DNA of 64,000 bases, taken from the NCBI RefSeq assembly GCF_018977255.1, contig NW_024704742.1, positions 117,120,001-117,184,000 on the forward strand, read 5' to 3'. The stretch's first letter is position 1; every line of letters begins with the position of its first letter. The position numbers and the translations under genes were made by a program. Below, piece after piece: positions 53,460-64,000 of the stretch. This DNA is from Callorhinchus milii. Taxonomy: Eukaryota. Under the pieces are notes generated by a model. That model was given only the letters and a program-made list of their open reading frames with translations. It was not told the origin of the DNA and did no database searches.

Positions 53460-53662
53460 TCACACATTCCTTTGCCTGAATCCCGCCTTTTCCTCCTTCA
53501 AGCATGTCTCAAGACCCTCCTCTTCGACTACGCTGTCTGCCACCCTCTTGCCCTCCAACCTCCCTGATCCCAACCTCCCTGCTTGTGTCCAAATCCCTGA
53601 CTGTCCAGCGCCTTGGGCCATCCTCCTGACAGGAAAGGTGTTATACAAATGTCATTTTGTAT
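53460..53662 (+). mobile_element. L2 3' end fragment
   Basis: ctccttcaagca..ctcaagaccctcctcttcgac..ctgtccagcgccttggg..gaaagg. Confidence 0.8.
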
Positions 53663-53741
53663 TGTAGTTTTGTATTATTTGTGGAGTATTGCTTTGCACA
53701 AATTGTCTGCCATGTTTGTCAACAAATACAAAAATCACTAT

Positions 53742-54060
53742 AATAATAATAATAATCCTTGCATTTGTTATAGCGCTTTTCACGTCAGGAGGACGTCCAA
53801 AAGCGCTTCACAGAACACACTGTAAAGTGAATTGACTGTATATTTGTGGGTGAACGTGGCAGCCAATTGCGCACAGCAGTGTCCCACAAACAGTCGTAGA
53901 TTGAAAATGACCAATTTAATTATTGTTTTTGGTTTTTTGGAGGGATTATTATTAGGCGTGTGGAGTAAGGAAACTTGCCCAAGGTTTCGCCCTGCCTGGA
54001 ATTGAACTCAGGTCTCTCACTTGCAAAGCGAGTGCTCTAACCACTGAGCTACAGGACTCC
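53742..54060 (-). mobile_element. tRNA(Ala-like)-derived SINE nested in a Deu-SINE tail
   Basis: Minus strand reads ggagtcctgtagctcagtggttagagcactcgctttgcaagtgagagacctgagttcaattcc (A box, TGC anticodon loop, B box); L2-type tail with (ATT)n. Confidence 0.9.
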
Positions 54061-54324
54061 ACGTTTTGCAACTAGAATTTATAGCAAATACTGTGAAGTG
54101 CTCTGAGAGGTTTCGACAGTGTGACTTCATATAAGGAGTTATATCAAATGCAAGGATTATTTATTATTTACTATGCCATCACAAAGAGGACAAGTACATC
54201 AGTAGCACAATATCTCCAACATTCTTATTGTTATACCATCAGAGATCAGACAGTTGCACCATCATTGCAAGACATCTGTCTGGCCACTTGGTAGTATAGT
54301 AATAATAAATGATAAAAATAATTA

Positions 54325-54742
54325 GAACCTTTGCATTTGATATACACACCTTTTATATCAGGAGGATGTCGCAAAGGATTTGACAGGAAGTACTAGAAAG
54401 CAGAGTGACTGTGTATTTTGTGCACAAACATAGCATTTAATTTGCACACAGCAGTAATCCACAAACAATCATGAAGTAAATGATAACTTCTATTTGGGAG
54501 ATGGTTGGCCAGGATATTGGGAGAAACTCCCTTCAAATAGTCCTGGGGGATCTCTCACGTCCACCTGCACAAGCAGATGGGCCACATTTAACATCTCATC
54601 AAAGGATGGCACCTCCAACAATGCAGCGCTCCACCAGCAATGTACTGGAATGTCAGCTTAGACTATATGAGTCCCAACTCCCAGCATGGGGATTGAACCC
54701 ACTACCTTCTTACTCAGAGGCAAGAGTGCTATAACTGAGCCA
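54325..54742 (-). mobile_element. Deu-domain-type SINE, near full length
   Basis: tttaacatctcatcaaaggatggcacctccaacaatgcagc body; ttgaaccc..actcagaggcaagagtgcta..aactgagcca head. Confidence 0.82.
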
Positions 54743-56304
54743 GACAGACATTACAAATAAAATGCTTTCAAATAAAACTATTAGAAGTCATATGGTAATA
54801 GTGCACCTGTCTGATCATTTGTTAGAATAGTCGTAAAAGTATTAACAACAAGATTACATTTGTATAGCGCCTTTCACGTCGGGAGGACATCCCAAGGTGC
54901 TGGAAATCTTGTTGTTGTAAAAGTATTAAGGATGTTCCCATCACTGCTGTACAACCAGAGATCAGAAATGCACACTATTTATCAGCCTCATACAAGTAAA
55001 CTGTCAGAAACCAGCTGTGTATCCAGTCATGAATCAATTAATACAACTAGTCAGTCAGGACAACATAGTCAGGATGCTGACCTCTCGGACCTCCCTTCTG
55101 AATCATTAGATCAATCTGTCTACCTTATGGTACTTCCAGTGGTCAGATAGAGTGGAGATTTCAGCAGATTGGAAAATACATGTTAGGTTGTAGGATGAGT
55201 GCCCCAAATATGCTGCTCCAGACAGACCCTCTTGTCGTTTATTTATAATGGAAATGTTATAAGGTTTTCTTGAAATTCATGTTTTGCATTACAATCCAGG
55301 TGGAGGGGCTCTTTAATGGAGCATTCTGTCAGGCCTGCATGTCACGTACTGTGGGCATCTCTGTCGTAGTGATTCATTTGGTCATTTGGGGTAATCAGTA
55401 GAGTGAAAAGGTGATATTGAGCGAGAGGAAAGCTGAAGCTGTGTCTGAGGTTACTAAAGTTCTGCTCTGTGCAATGGTGCATGGAAATTGCTCCCTGGAT
55501 ACAGTCTAACCAATGGCTCTAGCAATTTGTGACACAGCAAGAACCCAGGGCAAGACTGAAGATTAATGACTAGCCAAGTATGTATAGACTGCAGCACTTT
55601 CCATTTAACCCTGTGCTGTAATCTCCATTACTTTCGAGGATCCGGTCTCACCATTGCTGCCTGCTTGTCTTGATGAGACCTGCAAGCTCTTCAGGCACTG
55701 TCTTTTCTTACCACAATATCTCAGGGTACACCATTTTACATGCGTAACCATGTCCTGGCCAATTATTGCGAGCACTCTATAATGTGAATTGAAAATGACC
55801 AAAGACCAATTTCATTCCTTACCACAGGTTTATCCATCTCTTTTATTGATTGATGGGGACAGAGCAATTACAGCTGCAATAACTGTTTGGCTCGCAGTCA
55901 CATAGTCTTCAGCTAGTTCAAAAAAGCTTTTAAACACTGAACTATAAAGTACCAGCACACCAACTTCTTCAGTTCATTATTCCAAATTCTATCCTGATGG
56001 CTCTTTAAATCTGAGCAGTTTGTACAGAAACCTGATAACACATTATCAAGGATAGCTATTGTGTCATTAAATTATATCAAACTTTCCATTTTACTGTTTA
56101 TATTGTTTTTCAACTGCCATCATCTCTACATTTTACTATCCAGACCACGATTTTAAATTTCTGTCATCTTTATCGATTTGTTTTTCCTTCTAATCTCGTT
56201 CCCCTATTCTCCTTGAGTTTCTGCTGAATAGCACAGTACTGAAGCATGCCTGAGGTAGAGGTACTTTTTCATGGTACTGGATGCCATCTGTGGCATTACC
56301 CAGT

Positions 56305-56556
56305 GGAGTCCTGTGGCTCAGTGGTTAGAGCACTCATCTTGCAACCGAGAGACCTGGGTTCAATTTCCGGCAGGGTGAAATGTTGGGCAAGTTTCCTTAT
56401 TCCACCCGTCTCTGTTTACCTAGCAGTAAGTAGAAACCTGGTTGTTAGTCAATTGGCAGATAGACAATTATTATTTTTTTAAAAAACTGGTCACTTCAAT
56501 CTACGTCTGTTTGTGGGACAGTGTTGTGCGCAATTGGCTGCCATGTTCATGGGTGA
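56305..56556 (+). mobile_element. tRNA-derived SINE 5' two-thirds, followed by an old L2 3' fragment (about 56590-56862)
   Basis: ggagtcctgtggctcagtggttagagc..gggttcaatttcc head; same body as 58726. Confidence 0.88.
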
Positions 56557-57324
56557 ATGTTGGTAGTGAGAGTCATCAGAGAAAAAGAGAGCATGTCCTT
56601 TGACCCCTCCCTGTCTTTATCGGTGGTCAAGTCTTCAGCTCCTACACCTCTGGAACTCCCTCCCTCTTTCCTTCGGTCTCTCCCCCATCCCCTCAATTTG
56701 TCTTTAAATCTAGCCTTAAATTCTACCTCTTTGCCAACACCTACAATCACCTCCTCCTCCCCCTACATTTTCCTTGTTCAGCATCTGACCCTGTCTTTGT
56801 AAAGCCCCCTGAGACATCATCCTACATGAAGGATGCTATATAAAAATCCAAGTTATTGTTATTTTCCTCTGTTCTTAAAAAAACTAAGATTTTTTCACAG
56901 TTCTGCACAATCTGATATTTTGACGTAAAAAGGTCTTACAAGCTAGGGACTAGGTGAAATTCCAAGTGTATTACATCAATTTTCAAATGCACTTTCCTGT
57001 ATGGGTTATTGGATAGCGTCCAGGAAGAGATACCCTAGCTGATTTTAACTATTCTCTGGCCCAGGGTTGCTGAAGCCAATTGCAACCTCTAAACACAAGC
57101 TGAGGATCAGGTAACTCAGCACAGAATGAACAAGTGATCTTCCTGTTCTGATTCACTCAATTTGACATCGAAAATGGCTTTCAAAACAGAGCCATCAAGG
57201 GAGCAATGTTTTGTCTTTTGACTGAAATTGCAGTGGACAGCAGTTTATGAGAGGAAGAGATGATGACACCGAGCTGATTTTACATCACTCACAGTACAGT
57301 TACCAAAGCTAGGCAAGTTCACAC

Positions 57325-57660
57325 TAAAGAGAAGACTCCAGGGAGATCTTATTGAAGTTTTCAAAATCATAAAAGATGCAGACAAGCTGAAGTCTAATAA
57401 TGTTTACAACATAATATAATAATATGTTCTACAACAAGGGACACACACAATTTAAACAGTTTAATTATTTTACAGAGTGGTGAAAATGTAGAATAGATTT
57501 CCCAGGGAGGCAGTGATGGAAAACTGTGTTGACAAATATAAGAGAGAATTAATAGCTGTTTGGTGAAGAAATCGATTGTGGGTATGCATGTTAGAGTAGT
57601 GCATGTGTTCTTTTAACCTTTGGACTGGCCAGTTGTTCTGTGCAATCCAACATTCCTATG
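57325..57660 (+). mobile_element. Old CR1 3' fragment
   Basis: agagaagactccagggagatcttattgaagttttcaaaatcat (RRLQGDLIEVFKI); ends attcctatg. Confidence 0.7.
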
Positions 57661-58298
57661 TTTGCACTCACATGGTACAGAGAGAAATGGAGAGCTATTC
57701 TCTGAGGGTACCTTGTCTTTATTATGCTCAAGGTTCTATATTGCAGGATAAAACACCTGACATTTTTCATTACGTGTATCAATGGATAATGGCAGAACTA
57801 TTGACTTGTGCTGGGAAAGTTCATTTATGACACATTTGCCTATTACCACTTCTGAGTGACTGCTTAATGCTTTTTTAGTAAGTGGGCTTGCAAAGATTAA
57901 ATACCCAATTTACCTGCACAGTTTATTGTATTAGCTGCAAGAGCTCTTCCATGAGGCCGCAAAATGCTTCATTCTCTATCAGCCCTCTGTTACGTACTTA
58001 CTGCTTACTCACTGATAAAAAGAGATCAATATTTAGGTAATTATTTAGCAGTTGCAGCAATATAACACCTTTGACAAGATTACTCTGGATGGGGTTGAGA
58101 AAGCATTTTTTCACAGTAATCGACTGCATTGTGTACAGTATCAGCATTGGTTTTTAAGCATTTTAATTTTCCACAGTTGGAAACTTAAATCCCTCGATAG
58201 TAAATTGCATGAAATTATGCCATTGGAAAGAGCAGGCATCTGCTTCCTGCTTATTTTGCAGCTGCTTCAGTTCTGTTTCTGTTGTTGTTCTATTGCTT

Positions 58299-58698
58299 AA
58301 CAACAAGAACAACAAAATTACATTTATAGAGCGCCTTTCACATTAGGAGGACGTCCCAAAGTGCTGAAGAATCAGATGTCGGAGCCCGAGCATGGGCGAG
58401 GGGTGGTGTAGGGGTGAGGGAAGGCAGAGAGGTGGGAGGGAAACCAAAGGCACGGTCGAAGAGAAGGGTCTTGAGACCGGCCTTGAAGGATACAAGGGAG
58501 GAAGCGAGGTGAAAGGACCGTGGGATGGAGTTCCAGAGTGTGGGGGCAAAGAGGCTGAAAATCCGGCCACCGATGGTAGGGCGGGTCAGGCCGGAACCTG
58601 ATGAGCGGAGGGAGTGGGCAGTTTGGTAGGGAGTCAGCAGGTCAGAGAGATAGGAGGAGGCAAGGCCATGGATGCCCTTAAAGGTGAGGACGAGGATC
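58299..58698 (-). mobile_element. L2 3' fragment
   Basis: (CAA)n tail, gagcgcctttca hairpin arm, ggtcttgagaccggccttgaagg; homologous to the 24860 copy. Confidence 0.9.
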
Positions 58699-58725
58699 CC
58701 AAAAATAGAGGTTTACTCCATTGTT

Positions 58726-59078
58726 GGAGTCCTGTAGCTCAATGATTAGAGCACTCCCCTGACAAGCGAGAGACCTGGGTTCGATTCCCAGCAGGGCGAA
58801 ACATTGGGCAAGTATTCTTACTCCACACGCCCCTGTTTACCTAGCATTAAGTAGGAACCTGGTTGTTAGTCGATTGGCTTATCTTTCAAATAAATAATAA
58901 TAATAAATTGGTCACTCAATCCACTACTGTTTGTGGACCACTGCTGTATGCAATTGGCTGCCGCATTTCACCCACAAAATATACAGTCAATTCACTTTAC
59001 AGTATATTCTGTGAAGTGCTTTGAGACGTCTCGAAGACGTGATAAGGCGCTATATCAACTGCAAGGATTATTATTATT
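58726..59078 (+). mobile_element. Full-length tRNA-derived SINE with L2-type tail
   Basis: A box tagctcaatgattag; B box GGTTCGATTCC at 58778-58788; Deu-like ctgtttgtgg..caattggctgccgc; tail aaggcgctatatcaa.tgcaagg(att)n. Confidence 0.92.
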
Positions 59079-60572
59079 GTATCTATATATCGCCTACAAA
59101 ATACACAGTCACTACACTTTTCAGTGTAGAAGCAGGAGCAGTCCCCATCCCAGAGTCAAGTGGGAGATACAGAGCAGTACGTGTACTGTAAGATGTGATA
59201 GTAGCATTATGCGATTTAAGCAAATTGCTTGACAAGCTTCGGAGAACCAAACAGATTGCCTTTGCAATCAATCTGCTGACTACCAACACTGGTCAGAGAT
59301 CCATCACCCTTCCCGCGAAGGCACTGAATGATTCCTTGCAAAAGATCTGCCTAACAAGCAATTGGATGTGATTCAGGAATCACCCACTGTTGCTGATGTG
59401 CCACCTTTCTCTAAGGCTGACCCTGTGTATGTTTCCAGCATAGAATTCAATTAAAAACTCAATTACAGCTGCATTGTGCAGATAATGATTTAAAGCAATT
59501 GAGATTTAAATTATGATTTAAAATGTTACCTATAAATAAAGTATATTATTCATAATCTTTTATAGGGGCATTTGTAAAACAAACCATTTGATTTTTATTA
59601 ACTTTTCAGGAGAGGGAATCTTAACATGTTGCAACATCTTTAAGCACTTTATTGTCAAGAATAGTGCCCTTTTTAAGGCAAACTAAGCAGCAATGCTCCA
59701 CAACCAACCATGGGGTGAATGATGAATTAATTCATGAGGTCCCATCTACCTGTTCAGATCTACGTTAAGGTCTCACAGCACAATTCGAAAAGAGAAAGGA
59801 GTTTCTTGCAGTATTCTAGCCAACAACTTGTGAAACAAAACAAAAGTGTCTGTGGGACATTGTTGTGGGCCTATTGGCTGCTGCATTCACCTACCAAAAT
59901 GTACACAGTCACTACAATTTACAGTGAATCCTGTGAAACACTTTGAGACATCCTCCCAACAAGAAAGGCAGTATATCATGTGTAAGGATGGTTAGTATTA
60001 TTGTAATAATCAGGAGAAATGTTGCCAGCTGAGACAAGTTGATACCAGAATATTATTATTTGTATAATTATTACTACAATAATACTAACAATCTTCACAT
60101 ATTTCTTGCGCTTTGAGACATCTAGAAGACTTGAAAAGCACTATATCAAATGCAAGGATTATTATTAGTATTATTTTTGGTAACAAGAATGTTAATGCTA
60201 TAATTCTTCATAACTGCTCGATTCCAAAAGCAATCCAAAAGTTGAGATTCCCTCTTTCCCCAAAAAATGAGATTCCCTCTTTCAACAACACATGTTATCT
60301 TTCTCTATCCCAAACCTCCTTTACCAATTGATACCCATTCTCTAAAATTTGTCTCAGTTATTTCTGGCATGAAAGCAACAATAGTTTTTCTAACTCTTAG
60401 GAAACCCTTTTGATTTCGGAGCAAAACCTGCTTTTCCAGGCACACTGGGAGTTGTTTTTTGGTTCCAAATTCAGCGATATGGGTGAAAGCAACTAAAAGC
60501 TGCTGGTTGTCATATTAGTTGTTGAAGTTTAACAGTGTTAATGTTCTGAGGACCTACGCTTTATCTATCTAG

Positions 60573-60706
60573 GTTGGAGTTTCAGCATGGGTTCTGCCTA
60601 CCAGTTCCACAGTTGGCGAGTGTTTGTCATTGTCTGCGCTCTACCTTGTGTCTCCTCTGTGGTGGCGCTCACCTTCATGCCTGAGAGTCCTCGATTCCTG
60701 CTGGAG
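60573..60706 (+). CDS. SV2C: SV2C internal coding exon C (134 bp, phase 1 to 0): (G)WSFSMGSAYQFHSWRVFVIVCALPCVSSVVALTFMPESPRFLLE
   Basis: Acceptor atctag|, donor |gtaaga. In frame with exon B. Contains the PESPRFL motif of sugar-porter-like MFS proteins. Confidence 0.96.
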
Positions 60707-61488
60707 GTAAGAAACTCGCAACTGAGGAAAGACTGGACACTGCTTTAGTGGATTATGAAAGTGGACACATATACAAATTTAATCTTGTTGTTGTTTATCA
60801 GTCGGGAATTACATAACTGTCTAAATTGTGGGTTAGGTTAATTGTCCATGAGCTCGCTATGTACCAATGTAATTAGATGTCCTGATCAATGGTCTGGCTC
60901 TCTACCAACTCCTATGCCACTACAAATGCTAGCAAGTGGGCAAGAGGAGTATGGGGTAACAGTCTCTGATTTTCCTTTCTCCCTGGGCTCATGGAAGAGA
61001 CACGTGAACCCACTCTGCATCTATTGCTATGGGTGAGAATGTTCTCTAAGGGGAGTCACCAGTGTAAGTGCCCATTCTCCCCCTGTGTTGAATCCGCTAG
61101 TTCCCCAGTGCACTGTGTCAAAACCCCTGACTTCAAAATGGAATATTATTATATTCAATTTTATATTCACGTAAAATAACTGTGGAATATGAACATACAA
61201 TTTTCATGCCAAAGTGATGTGGATAATTAATTTTGGTCAACTGGGTGTCTGACTCACAGGAAAACTCATCACTATGTTGAGGAGTCTCCAAACCAAATTA
61301 TTGAGAGTTCCACATAGTTCCCTAGAACTTTACAGCACAGAAGAAGGCCATTCGACCCATTGCGTCTGTGCTGGATCTTTGAAAGATAGTTACTAGCTGG
61401 CAATCTTGATAATTCAAACTCACCTTTAAATAATTAAATGACATTATGCATGTACTTAATTTTACTACCTTATTGCCTTACCTTACAG

Positions 61489-61578
61489 GTTGGTAAACAT
61501 GATGAGGCCTGGATGATTCTGAAGCAAATTCATGATACCAATATGAGGGCCCGAGGTCAACCAGAGAAAGTTTTCACC
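61489..61578 (+). CDS. SV2C: SV2C internal coding exon D (90 bp, phase 0 to 0): VGKHDEAWMILKQIHDTNMRARGQPEKVFT
   Basis: Acceptor ccttacag|, donor |gtaagt. GKHDEAWMILK..HDTNMRA is the conserved SV2 central cytoplasmic loop. Confidence 0.96.
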
Positions 61579-62863
61579 GTAAGTACGGGTACAGGACAGG
61601 CTTAACTTGATAAATTATTGACAGAAGTTGCAGCAGACTTCAGCTATATGTGAGGTATCTAATAGAAAGGATGTTTTCTGTAATCAACTGTTTCTATTCA
61701 CATTATATCGCTCATTGTATCACATTGTATCATTGTATCACAGTGAAACATATGCTACCTTGTGTGAAGGGCACTATACAAATGCAAGTTGTTGTTGTTG
61801 TATCATACTCCAACACAGTGAGTGGGGTTGTGCAATTGTATTGTACAAGCACCGGCCAAGGACTGACATGCTATCCCTGTACGAAAAAGCTCTTAACCAC
61901 TCCTCAGTGCTTCTGCTAGATAGCATTTCTGGATCAGGAGTTGACACTATAGGAAATCAGGGACATTCTGCACTGCATATCATTGTGGAATGTCAATATA
62001 CTGGACTAACCAGGACAGAATACTCCAAATATTCTATAGTGTGCACAATCCTCAACGTAGGGTCCTCCCGACATGAAAGGCGCTCTATAAATGTAATTTT
62101 GTTGTTGTTGTTGTAGAAAGTGAATGCAATAATTAAGGTCAGGGAAATATTTCTGTAGATTGGCCAGGGGAGGAAAGCAGAGACAACAACAAGAACAGCA
62201 AATTACATTTTTATAGAGCCTTTCACATCAGGAGGATGTCCCAAGATGCTGAGACAGTTAATACCATCACTGGATCATTTCCAAAGTGCTTGTTAAGCAC
62301 TCTGAGTCACTACCCCACATGAAGAACATTATATAAATGCAACTTGTTGTTTGGACTCCTTGTCTGGGGAGTTGGAACTAAACCAAACCATCTTAACCAA
62401 ACTGGCCACATTATTAGAGGAGTCAAGCATCAGGACTGGCCATTGAATGAAGTGTGCATAACATTTACTTTCCACGTGATTTTGCAAGTTTGAGTGAGCA
62501 GGAGAAGTCGTGGAGTTTATGCTGCAGGTCAGATGCTTTGATGTAAGAGATGATAAGAAATGAGACGATTTAACAGCAGATAACATGCTGCTTGGTTTTG
62601 ATGTTGAGTCCAGTGGTTTAAATAAGTTTAAAATATCAGACTGAAATATGTAAGCTATTCTCCCTTTTAGAATAATAGAAATTACAGCAAAGTCATTTGA
62701 CCATTCAACCATGTGGGTGCTAGACCGTATTATCCAACCAAATAATCAGTCTGAAAACACTGCAAGAGATTTAGTTACATTCTAGTAAATATTTAAATAT
62801 TTCAAATATTTAAACATATTTGTTAGTCCATAAAGCACCTACCATAGGCTATTGTTTTCACAG

Positions 62864-62974
62864 GTTCATAGAATCAAGACTCCCAAACTGATTGATGAAC
62901 TGATCGAGATCCAAACGGACACAGGCAGTTGGCATATGAGGTGGTTTGTTCGAATCAAGACTGAAATGTGTGGA
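62864..62974 (+). CDS. SV2C: SV2C internal coding exon E (111 bp, phase 0 to 0): VHRIKTPKLIDELIEIQTDTGSWHMRWFVRIKTEMCG
   Basis: Acceptor ttttcacag|, donor |gtgagt. IKTPK.IDELIEI..DTG.W matches the SV2C loop as I recall it. Confidence 0.94.
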
Positions 62975-63379
62975 GTGAGTTAAACAAATCTGAAATTTGG
63001 TTTGTACATATTAAAATTTATGTTGTTGCTGTAATAATAACAATAATGATATACAAACAATACAACTCGCATAATAGACCCCATTGTCCTGCTAATGATA
63101 GAACATGTCTGAAATGATTGGTGACTGTAACCTTATCCTGTGTTTCAAGCACAAAAATAGGTTTACTCACAACGTCACCAAAAAATGTCTGGATTCTATT
63201 TCACTCAAGGCTGTTTTAATGCTTAATTATATGTGGTTCAATCAATTACTAACTAATCTATTAAACATCAACTGAAAACACAGAAAATGCTGATAGTTAA
63301 TAAGTCAGTGATTGACATCCCTAAATGCAAAAAATTGGACCTGAGACTATTTCCACCCAAAGTCTAATTTGCAGAACAT

Positions 63380-63625
63380 TAAAATATTGGCTGGCTGGAC
63401 CATTAGAGAGAGATCCGATCCAGCTAGCCGGAATTTCTGGCTAAGTGTAATTACAATGCTGGTATCAATAAGCATGGTGAGGCAGGGGCACACGCGAGGA
63501 GAGTTGGGCGGGTTGGAGTCTATATGGGCCGGCTGAAATTTTAAAAAAAGAACTTCCGTTTAGGGCCCGATCTGGCTAGGTCCAAATTCTGGGTACGCGG
63601 AGTCTGCTAAGACCAGGGTTTACTG
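63380..63625. mobile_element. Tigger/pogo-like DNA transposon remnant (one end only)
   Basis: Ends gctaagaccagggtttactg|ta, a CAGTAAACC-type TIR plus TA. Internal repeats tccgatccagctag / cccgatctggctag. The left TIR was not found. Confidence 0.5.
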
Positions 63626-63809
63626 TATTTTTTTAACAAGATATCTCTAAGAAGAAATAAGAAGAAATGGGTGTTTGTTTATCAAAATTCAAAAACAACA
63701 AAGATTGCATTTCTTAGCACATTCAATGTTTTAGAAATTCACTAATGCCACATTTCTTCTTAAAACAATCAAGAAATACTAGGCAACCCTGATAGTGTAA
63801 TGGATAGAG

Positions 63810-64000
63810 CTGGTGATTTGAATCCCACTTTGTGCTGAGTTTACTAGTCTCAGACAGGTTGCATGGGTTGGCTAAATTGGCCTTAGGGTTTCTGGGTTAG
63901 GGAAAGAAAAACCTGGCAGGGTTTCTGCTCCTGGTCCCTCTACAGCACCCCCTATTGGTAGTACATGTTTGGCAGCTGGTGGGGAGAGGTTCAAGTTCTG
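63810..64000 (+). mobile_element. Ancient interspersed repeat (SINE-like); related copies near 30770-30950 (+), 39255-39340 (-) and 57000-57125 (-)
   Basis: Shared tgtgctgagtt..tctcag..aattggcct..ctgggttaggg..agggtttc motif chain. Confidence 0.55.

Noticed and set aside
53985..54060. tRNA-Ala gene (also 56305 and 58726)
   Set aside because: The tRNA-like head continues into a SINE body and tail, the acceptor stem is incomplete, and there are multiple diverged copies.
61628..62116. 162-aa ORF between exons D and E
   Set aside because: It runs through L2/SINE tail fragments and low-complexity DNA, with no recognisable domain.

Overview
Vertebrate genomic DNA, almost entirely intronic. The repeat content (L2 LINEs with (TTG)n tails, CR1 LINEs with (ATTCTATG)n tails, Deu-domain and tRNA-derived SINEs) suggests a cartilaginous fish, possibly a chimaera; this is inference. 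The only host gene I can support is SV2C (synaptic vesicle glycoprotein 2C, MFS fold) on the + strand. It has five consecutive internal coding exons (31496-31676, 37304-37455, 60573-60706, 61489-61578, 62864-62974), all with AG/GT ends and mutually consistent phases; start and stop lie outside the window. The supplied ORFs are LINE reverse-transcriptase fragments or chance ORFs, and none captures an SV2C exon in its true frame. I found no convincing new multi-gene system. The most interesting signals are: a near-identical 3x ~503-bp tandem array bounded by TTAA; ultra-short L2-tail insertions ending at the base of the 3' hairpin; several insertions with locally templated junction DNA; a three-level nested retrotransposon stack; an unclassified repeat family with 4 copies; intronic hairpins; and a 333-nt frame-symmetric exon pair flanked by inverted L2s. 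Exon, TSD and hairpin coordinates were counted base by base; other repeat boundaries are approximate.
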